Origin: an uncultured Candidatus Saccharibacteria bacterium
GTDB lineage: Bacteria > Patescibacteriota > Saccharimonadia > Saccharimonadales > CAZICT01
Assembly (NCBI GenBank): GCA_964537935.1
Contig: CAZICT010000005.1
Span: 1 to 62,795, forward strand
Reading direction: 5' to 3'
DNA length: 62,795 bases
This document shows positions 1-11,914 of the stretch, one piece after another (position 1 is the first letter of the stretch; the number at the start of each line of letters is the position of its first letter). Under the pieces are notes generated by a model that saw only the letters and a list, made by a program, of their open reading frames with translations, was not told the origin of the DNA and did not search any database. A program made the translations under genes and the position numbers.

Positions 1-1007
1 GAAATGGGTTGTTAGTCAGGCAACGCATGTCACTTGAGGCAGCTCGTAACATCGAAGTTGTTTTATTCGATAAGACAGGCACCCTTACAAAAGGAGAACA
101 AGGGGTGGTTGATATTGCTGCTCCCGATTACGATAAAGATAAGCTATTAGCTCTTGCAGCTAGCGTTGAATCGGAGTCCGAGCATCCAATTGCGAAAGCA
201 ATTATGCATTCAGCACAAGAACGTAGGTTAAAAGTGGGCCAGTCAACAGGGTTTACGGCGCTATCGGGGCGTGGAGCCAAAGCAAGTGTTGGCGGTAAAG
301 TTATCCATGTTGGCGGACCTAAAATGCTAGAAGAACTCAAAGTAGATATTTCCAAAAATCTGGCAGATGAGTCAAAGGCGGCGGGCGCAGAGGGTAAAAC
401 GGTAGTGTATGTGATTGAAGGTGGGAAAGCACTAGGCGCAATCATGCTGGCGGATGTGATACGGGAAGAATCTAAAGAAGCAGTTTCTTTACTTAAAAGC
501 GCAGGCAAAAGAGTCGCATTATTGACAGGTGATTCTAAGGCGGTTGCGGCGTGGGTAGCCAAAGAACTTGGCATTGAAGAGTGCTTTGCGGAAGTCTTAC
601 CTGAGAATAAAGCAGAAGTTGTAAGCAAGCTACAGTCCGATGGAAGCCGGGTAGCAATGGTAGGCGATGGTGTGAATGACGCCCCTGCGCTAACGCAAGC
701 TGATGTAGGTATTGCGATTGGAGCTGGTACAGATGTTGCAATAGAGTCGGCAGGAATCGTACTAGCGAGCAGCGATACGAGAGGTGTATCTAAAATCGTC
801 GTACTGTCCAAGGCTGCATATCGCAAAATGGTGCAAAATCTTGTTTGGGCAACTGGCTACAATGCTCTGGCTATTCCTTTAGCGGCAGGCGTTACTGCTG
901 GCTTGGGATTTGTTCTCTCGCCAGCAATAGGTGCTGTACTAATGTCTCTCTCAACTATAATAGTTGCTGCTAATGCTCAGCTGCTAAGAAGACTAAGACT
1001 TGATTAA
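1..1007 (+). CDS. heavy-metal (P1B-like) P-type ATPase, C-terminal fragment; 5' end lies outside the window
   Basis: Frame is open from the window edge. Phosphorylation motif FDKTGTLT, hinge motif GDGVNDAPAL, two C-terminal TM helices, TAA at 1005-1007. Confidence 0.85.
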   Translation, partial: NGLLVRQRMSLEAARNIEVVLFDKTGTLTKGEQGVVDIAAPDYDKDKLLALAASVESESEHPIAKAIMHSAQERRLKVGQSTGFTALSGRGAKASVGGKVIHVGGPKMLEELKVDISKNLADESKAAGAEGKTVVYVIEGGKALGAIMLADVIREESKEAVSLLKSAGKRVALLTGDSKAVAAWVAKELGIEECFAEVLPENKAEVVSKLQSDGSRVAMVGDGVNDAPALTQADVGIAIGAGTDVAIESAGIVLASSDTRGVSKIVVLSKAAYRKMVQNLVWATGYNALAIPLAAGVTAGLGFVLSPAIGAVLMSLSTIIVAANAQLLRRLRLD

Positions 1008-1115
1008 ATCTCTTGATAGGTTGAATTGCTGAACCAGATTAGATAGCTTATAAATATCGACATTGTCAGGAGAAGCGGTTAGAAATATGCCAGCTATCCG
1101 GCACCAAAAAGAGAG

Positions 1116-1142
1116 CCCCACTAACGTGGGGTTTTCTTTTTG
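1116..1142 (+). terminator. rho-independent terminator after the ATPase gene
   Basis: Stem cccca/tgggg with loop ctaacg, followed by ttttcttttt. Confidence 0.6.
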
Positions 1143-1396
1143 GTCTTCGATACCGCCGACTCTAGTCCGTGGCCTCTTCAAAAAACAAAAATAGCCACAT
1201 TTTTGATAATGCGAACGATTAGTGAGCAATATATGCCGAATCCATTCGTTCCAGCCTTATAAAAAATAGAACGAACCGGTGTGAAGCTATAGTCCCGCCC
1301 GCCTGTCTTTCCGGCAGGACGGACAGGTGTCTCGCACCACACTGAACACAGTGGAGCCGCTACAACAAGCATCTCGTTTCTTGTTATCATACTGTC

Positions 1397-1759
1397 ATGG
1401 AACACACAGTGAGAGTACAGAGGCTTGAGGCAGGGTTCATATTGTTAGCGAGCATAATCCTCTATGTTAATCTAGGTTATAATCTTTTGTATTTTCTACC
1501 CGTTCTATTTCTAATTGATATATTTATGTTGGGATACCTGGTTAATAAAAATATTGGTGCATACACATATAACTTAGGGCATAGTTTTATTATTCCATCC
1601 TTTTTGTTTGTATTAGGAGTACCTACTGTTAACAATGTCTTAATTGGTCTAGGTTTAATATGGACGGCTCATATTGGCATGGACAGAGCACTAGGATATG
1701 GGCTTAAGCACAAAACCGCTTTTTCGGATACGCACCTAGGAAAAATAGGTAAGAGGTAG
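1397..1759 (+). CDS. small integral membrane protein, function unknown
   Basis: 120-aa ORF, strongly hydrophobic with 3-4 predicted TM segments. No catalytic motif recognised. Confidence 0.55.
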   Translation: MEHTVRVQRLEAGFILLASIILYVNLGYNLLYFLPVLFLIDIFMLGYLVNKNIGAYTYNLGHSFIIPSFLFVLGVPTVNNVLIGLGLIWTAHIGMDRALGYGLKHKTAFSDTHLGKIGKR

Positions 1760-1882
1760 CGCTTTACTTTCGCATCTTAAAGCGCACCAGTTAAAGCCCC
1801 GGCCAGCGCGTCGGATTTTTCATTGGTTGATTGCGGCACAGATTCACAGGTTCCAACCAACTTCTTTGGTATGATGTAGCTA

Positions 1883-2314
1883 ATGAATGATGAAAATGTT
1901 GTAAAAGTTGGAGTTGGCGTTTTCATTGTCAAGGACGGTAAAGTCCTTTTAGGAAAAAGAAAGAATGCTCACGGAGCAGATGAATATGGTGGCCCGGGTG
2001 GACATTTAGAGTATGGCGAAACAGCAGAAGAAACAGCCCTGCGAGAAATAGACGAGGAGTGTGGCATAAAAGTTAAAAATCTAAAAATGTTATGTGTATC
2101 AGACTTACTGACTTATTTTCCTAAGCATTATGTTGATATTGGTTTCGCAGCCGAATGGGAAAGCGGAGAACCGCAAGTGCTCGAGCCGCACAAACTAGAA
2201 GCGTGGGAATGGTTCAATATCGATAGTCTGCCTGATAACTTATTTGGTTGTGTTACCGCATACGCTGAATCGTATAAAACTGGCAAAAAATACTTTACGT
2301 TCCTCGGTAAATAA
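1883..2314 (+). CDS. NUDIX hydrolase
   Basis: Nudix box GGHLEYGETAEETALREIDEECGI fits GX5EX7REUXEEXGU. Confidence 0.85.
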   Translation: MNDENVVKVGVGVFIVKDGKVLLGKRKNAHGADEYGGPGGHLEYGETAEETALREIDEECGIKVKNLKMLCVSDLLTYFPKHYVDIGFAAEWESGEPQVLEPHKLEAWEWFNIDSLPDNLFGCVTAYAESYKTGKKYFTFLGK

Positions 2315-2539
2315 ATCATTCGACAAAATAAATAGCTTCACAAGCCCTCTGAGCTCAGGTAGGTCTACATTCTCTGTGGGTCGTTAAAAATATGCCTGAT
2401 AAGCGCCACCATTTAAATAAGTACATAACCTCTAGAAAGCGTTAAGTATAGATAGCAGATGGCGCAATCTAAAGATACTTAGAGCCGCTAACCAATGAAT
2501 TTGCTATTATAAATACACCAATTAGGAGAATTTAGAAGA

Positions 2540-2821
2540 GTGGAAATCACTAAATTAGTGAGGAATGTTTTGTGGGCAGAACTGTTTTTGGCACTGCCGT
2601 TGATCGGCATGTTGGTTTCTGACGAGGTTGATTGGGGCTTGGTAGATTTTGTTGTAGCTGCCGTGTTGCTGGCCGGAATCGGAGTTGCCTTTAGTCTAAT
2701 AACGGGTGGTAAACGAACTGCTAAACAGGTGATTGCAGGTATTGCGCTGGCCGCTTTTATGCTCCTAACATGGGCAGAGTTGGCTGTCGGCGTTTTTGGA
2801 ACACCATTTGCCGGATCTTAA
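2540..2821 (+). CDS. small membrane protein, function unknown
   Basis: 93-aa ORF with GTG start downstream of aggaga. Three hydrophobic helices. Confidence 0.5.
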   Translation: MEITKLVRNVLWAELFLALPLIGMLVSDEVDWGLVDFVVAAVLLAGIGVAFSLITGGKRTAKQVIAGIALAAFMLLTWAELAVGVFGTPFAGS

Positions 2822-2994
2822 GATTGCCAGTCTTCTATAATCAGCTTTTTGCCGGACCTCTTAACTACTAATTTTTGTCCAGAGCGCCAACTTAGTTGAC
2901 GGATAAGCTCTATAGGCAGGGAAATGCTGTAGGTGCCGGTCCGGTTTTGTGTTAAGTTTCTAATTTGCTCCTGGCCGCGTTTTCTATCGCCCAT
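2818..2994 (-). CDS. AbrB/MazE/SpoVT-type DNA-binding domain protein (58 aa)
   Basis: C-terminal SISLPIELIRQLSWRSGQKLVVKRSGKKLIIE resembles a swapped-hairpin AbrB fold. Start trimmed to the ATG at 2994, which has AGGAGA 6 nt upstream. The 104-aa version in the ORF track has no RBS. Confidence 0.65.
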   Translation of the reverse strand: MGDRKRGQEQIRNLTQNRTGTYSISLPIELIRQLSWRSGQKLVVKRSGKKLIIEDWQS

Positions 2995-3056
2995 TTTAAT
3001 TCTCCTGTGATTAAAGGACGCGCATTGTCCTTGGCAACAGTTATACTCCCCTACCA

Positions 3057-3089
3057 GACTCCGAGTCAACTCCGAGTCGACTCGGAGTC
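3057..3089. promoter_or_regulatory. perfect 20-bp palindrome plus an extra half-site; candidate operator upstream of the AbrB-like gene
   Basis: gactccgagtc aactccgagtc gactcggagtc. Positions 3069-3088 are self-complementary, with a third half-site copy at 3057-3067, 63-95 nt upstream of the 2994 start. Confidence 0.4.
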
Positions 3090-3377
3090 TCAACCACACT
3101 AAAGCCAACGGCTTACCACGAAGTTCGTTCAAAGAAACACCACTTCCCTATCTATTGTAAAGAATATAATACTAAATATGTCAAATATACATAAAAAATA
3201 GGTGATATTATATTCATTAAGCAGTCGAAGAGTCTTGACCGTTACCATAAGAGTGTTAACTGACCATAAGGCCTCAACATGAACTTTTATGAGGTAGTTT
3301 TGCTTAAGATAGAATTACGAGGCCGAGCCGATAAATTTAAAAAACCTAAAATTTGCTAACCTAATTACAAAAGAAGC

Positions 3378-3755
3378 ATGACTAAGACAGACATAACAAC
3401 CATAGACGAATACATCGCAAACTTTCCTAGGGAAAAGCAGGAACAGTTGCAAAAACTGCGCGGTCTCATCAAGGCAGCTGCCCCACATGCCAAAGAAGCA
3501 ATCAAATGGGGTCAGCCGGCATTTACCGATCCTGACGGAATGATACTGGTGATGTTTGGCGGTTATAAAAACCATATGAACCTGGTAGGTACACCCAGCA
3601 CAAAAGAGGCGCTTGCTAAGGAGCTGGCCGGCTATGAGACCGGAAAGGGCTCGGTAAAATTTTCTTATGAAAAACCGTTACCGGCTGAGTTAATAAAGAG
3701 CCTAGTCACCTACCGTGTTACTGAATACCGTGATAGACAAGTGAAGTGGATGTAG
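3378..3755 (+). CDS. DUF1801 (YdhG-like) domain protein
   Basis: N-terminal TIDEYIANFPREKQEQLQKLRGLI and size (125 aa) are typical of the family. Confidence 0.7.
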   Translation: MTKTDITTIDEYIANFPREKQEQLQKLRGLIKAAAPHAKEAIKWGQPAFTDPDGMILVMFGGYKNHMNLVGTPSTKEALAKELAGYETGKGSVKFSYEKPLPAELIKSLVTYRVTEYRDRQVKWM

Positions 3756-3809
3756 ATTTTTGGTAATAAAACGCTTGAATTATTAAAGTACGCATGATAA
3801 ATTATTCAT

Positions 3810-4160
3810 ATGACGAATACATCATATGAAACTTTCTTCGCGACATTGTCGGGCAATAGCCGCCTGGATATCCTGAAATATCTGCAAAAGAACGGCAGTC
3901 AAAGCGTTACGGAGATATCAAACGGCACAGGAATTGAGCAGTCGGCAGTTTCTCACAACCTCAATAAGCTACTCACCTGCCAGTTCGTGCATATCGAAGC
4001 ACGCGGCAAACATCGCTATTACACGCTAAACGAGGAGACTATCGTTCCACTGCTCAGACTTATTGACCAACACGTTGCCAAATTCTGTGACGGCAAATGC
4101 AGTAGCTGTATTAATACCAAGCATGCCAATGCTGCTAAGGCCGGTCAAACCGTTTCCTAG
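3810..4160 (+). CDS. ArsR/SmtB-family winged-helix transcriptional regulator with a Cys-rich tail
   Basis: RLDILKYL...VTEISNGTGIEQSAVSHNLNKL HTH pattern. C-terminal CDGKCSSC. Confidence 0.8.
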   Translation: MTNTSYETFFATLSGNSRLDILKYLQKNGSQSVTEISNGTGIEQSAVSHNLNKLLTCQFVHIEARGKHRYYTLNEETIVPLLRLIDQHVAKFCDGKCSSCINTKHANAAKAGQTVS

Positions 4161-4220
4161 CTAGGATAACTAATACAAAAGGAGGGATTATGTGCCCATG
4201 CAACTAAAAAACTAATCCTG

Positions 4221-4253
4221 TAGACCGCCCACAAAAAGGCGGTCTATTTATTT
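4221..4253 (+). terminator. rho-independent terminator
   Basis: 9-bp stem tagaccgcc/ggcggtcta with loop cacaaaaa, followed by tttattt. Confidence 0.75.
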
Positions 4254-4331
4254 AAGGACGCGCCGGCCATAAACGGGCTTTACAGACGGGTGTATACTAA
4301 AAACATTCATAAAATTAGCAGGCAAATAAAA

Positions 4332-4775
4332 ATGGAATCTCCGGAACTAGAAGCTAGATTACTTCAACCGATAGACGAAGCTGATGAACTGCCAACCGAG
4401 ATAGATGATATCGAATTTGCACGCCGCCGCGGCTACAATCCGACCTATATGCCGGTGGGAGTAAGTCAAATTATCCAGTTTTCGAACGGTTTATACGAGG
4501 GCAGTATTGTCGTAGATCGCTCGGAGTCAGAAAGCGGCGAAGTGCCTGCGAAATTAAAAGTTCGCGGCATTGACCGCACTACTGGCAAGGTGACCGAAAC
4601 GGTCAGCGTATTAGGGAGTTTATTGTGCTACACATTTGCCGGTAACTTGTCAGGTGATCGGGGAATATTCGTTGGCGAGCCTATATTTTTTCGTAAACAA
4701 GACGGAGACATGGTTAAGTTACCTACTCCCACCCATGAGTTAAGAAGTACTAACGGCTACCAGCTTCGCAAATAA
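4332..4775 (+). CDS. hypothetical protein
   Basis: ORF 4290-4775. The ATG at 4332 is preferred because tatact lies inside the longer version. No motifs recognised and the RBS is weak. Confidence 0.45.
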   Translation: MESPELEARLLQPIDEADELPTEIDDIEFARRRGYNPTYMPVGVSQIIQFSNGLYEGSIVVDRSESESGEVPAKLKVRGIDRTTGKVTETVSVLGSLLCYTFAGNLSGDRGIFVGEPIFFRKQDGDMVKLPTPTHELRSTNGYQLRK

Positions 4776-4874
4776 AGATATATCATAGTTTGTCAAAACC
4801 TTTAAAAATCTTTTAAACCACGCCTTAGCAGGATGTTACGATAATATCTGTTAGCTTGGTACAATACTTCTCAT

Positions 4875-4948
4875 GGCGCCTTGGCCGAGTGGTTAGGCAG
4901 CGGTCTGCAAAACCGCGTACACGGGTTCGAATCCCGTAGGTGCCTCCA
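4875..4948 (+). tRNA. tRNA-Cys (GCA)
   Basis: 74-nt cloverleaf. Acceptor ggcgcct/aggtgcc, anticodon stem gcggt/accgc with loop ctGCAaa, T arm acggg-ttcgaat-cccgt, encoded CCA. Confidence 0.9.
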
Positions 4949-4964
4949 TTATGAAAAGCTAAAA

Positions 4965-4990
4965 GCCTCTCCAGGGAGAGGCTTTTATTT
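4965..4990. terminator. bidirectional rho-independent terminator between tRNA-Cys and the convergent ORF
   Basis: Stem gcctctc/gagaggc with loop cagg, A-run upstream and ttttattt downstream. Confidence 0.7.
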
Positions 4991-5006
4991 AGGCAAATTT
5001 TGTTAG

Positions 5007-5315
5007 CTAAGCGCTGAGTGCTTGTTGTTCGCTGAAAATGCTGCCGCGTTCAATGGCATCATTTATAACTCGATTGGTATTTGCTGAAATTGCCACGATG
5101 TCGAGCTCGCAGATACGATTAAGTACTATGCGTCTTGCGTCTGCTCTGATGTTTTCTTGTGGCCTGCGCACTCCATGCAACTGGTCTAACCCATGAAGTA
5201 ATTCTGCGGCCTCAAAGGCGAGGGTTGCTACCTTTTCCTGTTCATCTGTAGCGACCGGAAATATTTCTCCATCAGGCAAGATAAATGGTTCTCTATCAGT
5301 TTTTGCAACTAACAT
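5007..5315 (-). CDS. hypothetical protein
   Basis: 102-aa ORF with no recognisable motif. Confidence 0.5.
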   Translation of the reverse strand: MLVAKTDREPFILPDGEIFPVATDEQEKVATLAFEAAELLHGLDQLHGVRRPQENIRADARRIVLNRICELDIVAISANTNRVINDAIERGSIFSEQQALSA

Positions 5316-5401
5316 TTTTCTTCATCCTCATATTTAACTTGTGCTGCAATGGTACTGTAATTTGCTAGCAAGTTCAAATATGGGCGGTTTGGCGGCGGGC
5401 T

Positions 5402-6121
5402 TTATTGTTTGCGGTTTCGCAGGTAGTGGATACCACCGGCAGCAACTGATGTAACGGCCGGGATGGCTATAAGTGAGCCTGGCCCTGTGTTAGGCAGCTC
5501 TTTAGTAGGACGTTCAGTCTGAACTTCTCTAACTACTTCTACCGGTACCTCAACTTCTCTAACTACTTCTACAGGTACTTCGACTTCTTTGATAACTTCT
5601 TTTTCCTCTACAACTGTTTGAACTTCTTTACAGGCTGGGTTGGCGACTACAGTTGAAAGCATACGTCGTCCATCATAGAAAGGCCCGTTAGGATACTGAT
5701 GCGAAGGATCAGCTGTGTGCCGGCCGCGAACCAGGTCGACTTGCAGGCTACAACCGTCACCGGCCTGCTTAGTAGTAGGCATGCTGGTTGATATGCTTGC
5801 GATTTTTGCGTAACCACGATCTGCCGCATCACTAAGGTCAAACTTAGCAGTGGTATAGTCGTGTAGACGCTGGTTTACGATATCGTTATTACAGCCTTTT
5901 GGTGTACAGACCCATACGGCTATACTGACTTGCGTTTCGGCACAGTTAGCTGCACCGCTGACGCTGAAGTAACCAATTGCCTTGTTGCTTTCGAAGTCTA
6001 GTGCACCATGCTCGCCGCTTACCCGACATTCGTTGGACTGGGCGCTTACAAGCGGAGCAAAAGTGAATGCAGAAAGCGCGATTATGCTAGCTGCACCGAT
6101 TATACTGAGTAGTTTTTTCAT
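5402..6121 (-). CDS. LPXTG cell-wall-anchored surface protein (sortase substrate)
   Basis: Signal peptide MKKLLSIIGAASIIALSAFTFAPLVSA. C-terminal LPNTG, then a hydrophobic stretch and RNRKQ tail. Start set to the ATG at 6121, 9 nt after GGAGG. Confidence 0.85.
   Translation of the reverse strand: MKKLLSIIGAASIIALSAFTFAPLVSAQSNECRVSGEHGALDFESNKAIGYFSVSGAANCAETQVSIAVWVCTPKGCNNDIVNQRLHDYTTAKFDLSDAADRGYAKIASISTSMPTTKQAGDGCSLQVDLVRGRHTADPSHQYPNGPFYDGRRMLSTVVANPACKEVQTVVEEKEVIKEVEVPVEVVREVEVPVEVVREVQTERPTKELPNTGPGSLIAIPAVTSVAAGGIHYLRNRKQ
5523..5582. repeat. 2 x 30-nt tandem repeat inside the LPXTG gene
   Basis: acttctctaactacttctacNggtacNtcN occurs twice and encodes EVEVPVEVVR x2 in the stalk region before the anchor. 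Confidence 0.8.
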
Positions 6122-6338
6122 AATATTCAAACCTCCATTACTCAACTACGCTTAATAATACTATATATTTGTAAAAAAAGCAAGTATTTTCTGTATTTAT
6201 AAAAAATTATTATGTATAAACTTATCTAATTATTCAGCAAGTAATATTACAATTCAGTGCTTTTGGCTTTGCCTTACTTGTAACTGACAAGGTATGTATA
6301 TAAAATCATGTAAGTAAAAGTTAGTTACCAGTCATCAT

Positions 6339-6426
6339 GGGCGAGTGGCGGAACTGGTATACGCGACGGACTTAAAATCCGTTGCCTGAATAAGGCTTGA
6401 GGGTTCGAGTCCCTCCTCGCCCACCA
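6339..6426 (+). tRNA. tRNA-Leu (UAA)
   Basis: 88 nt. Acceptor gggcgag/ctcgccc, anticodon stem acgga/tccgt with loop ctTAAaa, long variable arm, T arm gaggg-ttcgagt-ccctc, encoded CCA. Confidence 0.9.
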
Positions 6427-6468
6427 TCCTCCGTCGCTCTGCTTTTTGCGGAGCTATGGAGGATTTTC
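6426..6468 (+). terminator. hairpin plus T-run after tRNA-Leu
   Basis: 7-bp outer stem atcctcc/ggaggat followed by tttt. The large internal loop is atypical. Confidence 0.4.
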
Positions 6469-6750
6469 AAGTTGAAGTAATTGAACCAAGAGGTGAAAAG
6501 TGCCGTCGGCACTTTGCAAGGGAGCCTTTCTGATTATAAGCTTGCTTGAACTAAGAAAATTCCGGGGTTGCGGAACATGACCGTTCCAACCACGCACACG
6601 ATAGGGTACACATATAAGATGTTTTTGTCGGAGAAAACAAGAAATTCATAATTATTTATAACCATACAATTATATTGACTAAAACCAAAAAATAATTTAA
6701 AATAATACTATTCTTAACGAAAGTCGTTGAGAAGTTCTTTAGGAGGCGAC

Positions 6751-7005
6751 GTGGAGAAGCTCCTCATAACCGAGGGGCCGAATTTGGGCCAAGTTGCGGA
6801 TGCTATACGCAAGCCTGGCAGTCTATTACTCTTCCAGACTGATGGAGGAGATTGCTACTTAATGCTAAGGGGTTTACATCGCAACAGAGATGGATCCATA
6901 GACTTCACTGGTGAAGTCGAGGGTCGAGGATTCGCTTCAGGAGTATATTTTCCCGATGGGAAAAATTCTCCAGACGAGAAGGGGTTCATCAATATTCTTC
7001 CATAA
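6751..7005 (+). CDS. hypothetical protein
   Basis: GTG at 6751, 4 nt after AGGAGG (6741-6746), in frame with tracked ORF 6727-7005. Confidence 0.45.
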   Translation: MEKLLITEGPNLGQVADAIRKPGSLLLFQTDGGDCYLMLRGLHRNRDGSIDFTGEVEGRGFASGVYFPDGKNSPDEKGFINILP

Positions 7006-7030
7006 CGGGAGACTAATAGAAGGGAACAAA

Positions 7031-7267
7031 ATGCCACGTCGGTATACGCGCCGTTTTACTCCGACGCAACATTGCGTAGAAACGAGTGTTTACTACGTTT
7101 ACGCTGAGTACTGGGTTCGCCAGTTCGGCTTGACGGAGAAGCGCGTATTCGATGGCACCATGGAGATTCCGTTCCAGATGTCTCGTGAAGACATCAAGCG
7201 GCTCATCCTCGGTGTGGACATCGAAGACTGCGTGCGTTTCGACGCTGTCTACGAGAAAGTCTCGTAA
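7031..7267 (+). CDS. hypothetical protein
   Basis: ATG at 7031 after gaaggga, in frame with tracked ORF 6911-7267. No motifs. Confidence 0.45.
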   Translation: MPRRYTRRFTPTQHCVETSVYYVYAEYWVRQFGLTEKRVFDGTMEIPFQMSREDIKRLILGVDIEDCVRFDAVYEKVS

Positions 7268-7460
7268 AACACGGCGTACGCCAAAAGCCCGGCCGGCTTG
7301 CTGCAAAACAGCATCCATAAGTCCGGGCATTTACTTTTTTATCTACACGAATGCTTTATATACCCAATATACCCAGGGGTTAGTTGCTCTGATTTTATTT
7401 TTGATTTAGTTAAAAAATGCTACACTATAAGTGTAATAACCAAAGAGGAGTAACCAAAGA

Positions 7461-8021
7461 ATGACCTGGATAATTGTATTAATTGTGGTTGCCGTTATCG
7501 CGATTGCGTTGATTGCTATGTACAACGGCCTGGTACGGCTGAACGTACGCGTTGACGAAGCGTGGAGCGACATAACCGTGCAACTGAAGCGTCGCGCCGA
7601 TCTGATACCGAACTTAATCAACACTGTCAAAGGCTACGCCAAGCACGAACAGGGAGTATTTGAAGAAGTTACAAAGGCCAGGTCTGCGGTCGTGAATGCT
7701 ACGGGCGTTCAAGAGACAGCCGATGCTGAAAACATGCTTACCGGTGCACTGAAAAGTCTGTTTGCCGTCGCCGAAGCTTATCCTGACCTTAAGGCCAATG
7801 AGAACTTTAAAGCTTTGCAGGATGAGCTGGTTGACACCGAAGATAAAATCCAGGCAGCACGCCGCTTTTATAACGGTTCTGCCAGGGACTTAAACATCAA
7901 GGTGCAAACTTTCCCGACTAACCTCTTTGCAAACATGCTCGGGTTTAAAACTCGTGAATTCTTTGAGGTAGAAGAGGCTGAGGCATTGGCTATTCAGCGT
8001 CCAACCGAAGTAAAGTTCTAG
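7461..8021 (+). CDS. lemA: LemA family protein
   Basis: N-terminal TM helix then [32 protein letters not shown], characteristic of LemA. Paired with htpX as is common. Confidence 0.85.
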   Translation: MTWIIVLIVVAVIAIALIAMYNGLVRLNVRVDEAWSDITVQLKRRADLIPNLINTVKGYAKHEQGVFEEVTKARSAVVNATGVQETADAENMLTGALKSLFAVAEAYPDLKANENFKALQDELVDTEDKIQAARRFYNGSARDLNIKVQTFPTNLFANMLGFKTREFFEVEEAEALAIQRPTEVKF

Positions 8022-8055
8022 TTTCCGTTTTTGAAAATCACAGGAGTCGATAGAG

Positions 8056-8934
8056 GTGTACCAAGCTATTGCTGGAAATAAGCGTAAAACAGTACTCATG
8101 ATGGTATTGTTCGTAGCTTTAGTGGCCGGACTCGGTTGGCTGTTTAGCGTGTATGTTGGTGAGCCGTTAATTACTCCCTACGTACTGATTGGTGCCGCGG
8201 TTTATGTTCTTATCAGTTACTTTGCCGGCTCAAAGATGTCGCTTGCTCTTAATGGCGCCCATCCGATCAGTAAAAAAGATAATCCGCGACTTTGGCGAAT
8301 AGTTGAAAATTTGAGCATAACCGAGGGTTTGCCGATGCCGAAGGTTTATATTATTAATGACCCGGCACCTAATGCGTTTGCAACTGGTCGCGATCCGAAG
8401 CATGCAGCTGTGGCGGCTACTACTGGACTCCTAGAAATTATGGATGATAACGAACTAGAGGGCGTGATGGCCCATGAGTTAGGTCACGTTAAAAATTATG
8501 ACATTCGCGTTTCCATGCTGGCGTTTGCCTTGGTCATGGTGGTAAGTATATTGGCGGATATTATGCTTAGGATGACGTGGTTCCGTGGCGGAGACGATGA
8601 TGATAGCGGCAACGCGGTTTTCTTTGTCATAGGTCTTATCGGAGCGATTTTAGCTCCGCTCATTGCGACCATGATCCAGTTGGCTATTTCTCGCAATCGT
8701 GAGTATCTGGCTGACGCAACCGGAGCTTTAACTACTCGTTATCCAGAGGGGTTGGCAAGTGCACTCGAAAAAATCGGGGCATACGGCAGTACGATGCGAC
8801 GACAGAACGCCTCAACGGCCCATCTTTTCTTTGCTAATCCTCTGAAGAAAAAGAGTTTTTCAAGCTTATTCAGCACACATCCACCTATCCAGGAGAGGGT
8901 TAATCGTCTGCGAAAAATAGGTCGCCAAGCGTAA
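8056..8934 (+). CDS. htpX: M48-family zinc metalloprotease HtpX
   Basis: HELGHVKNYD (HExxH), four TM segments, C-terminal STHPPIQERV. Confidence 0.85.
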   Translation: MYQAIAGNKRKTVLMMVLFVALVAGLGWLFSVYVGEPLITPYVLIGAAVYVLISYFAGSKMSLALNGAHPISKKDNPRLWRIVENLSITEGLPMPKVYIINDPAPNAFATGRDPKHAAVAATTGLLEIMDDNELEGVMAHELGHVKNYDIRVSMLAFALVMVVSILADIMLRMTWFRGGDDDDSGNAVFFVIGLIGAILAPLIATMIQLAISRNREYLADATGALTTRYPEGLASALEKIGAYGSTMRRQNASTAHLFFANPLKKKSFSSLFSTHPPIQERVNRLRKIGRQA

Positions 8935-8943
8935 GATTTCGTT

Positions 8944-11912
<2,969 letters not shown>

Positions 11913-11914
11913 CC

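Noticed and set aside
128-826. 232-aa minus-strand ORF and other long antisense ORFs in the track (for example 10617-10973, 20902-21198, 27958-28343, 34570-34890, 35370-35766, 48484-48889, 58508-58876, 59544-59816).
   Set aside because: They lie entirely inside well-supported genes on the opposite strand (P-type ATPase, ligA, leuS, cyoB, the cas12d-like gene and others). They have low-complexity or Ser/Arg/Leu-rich translations typical of shadow frames and lack an RBS.
2995-3132. Long (104-aa) version of the AbrB-like ORF.
   Set aside because: The upstream 46 codons have no RBS and cover the palindromic operator-like element. An internal ATG at 2994 has a consensus AGGAGA at ideal spacing.
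6427-6750. Possible integrated element or ncRNA downstream of tRNA-Leu.
   Set aside because: There is no integrase, no direct repeat of the tRNA 3' end and no convincing conserved structure, only scattered short hairpins such as gtgccgtcggcac. The evidence is insufficient.
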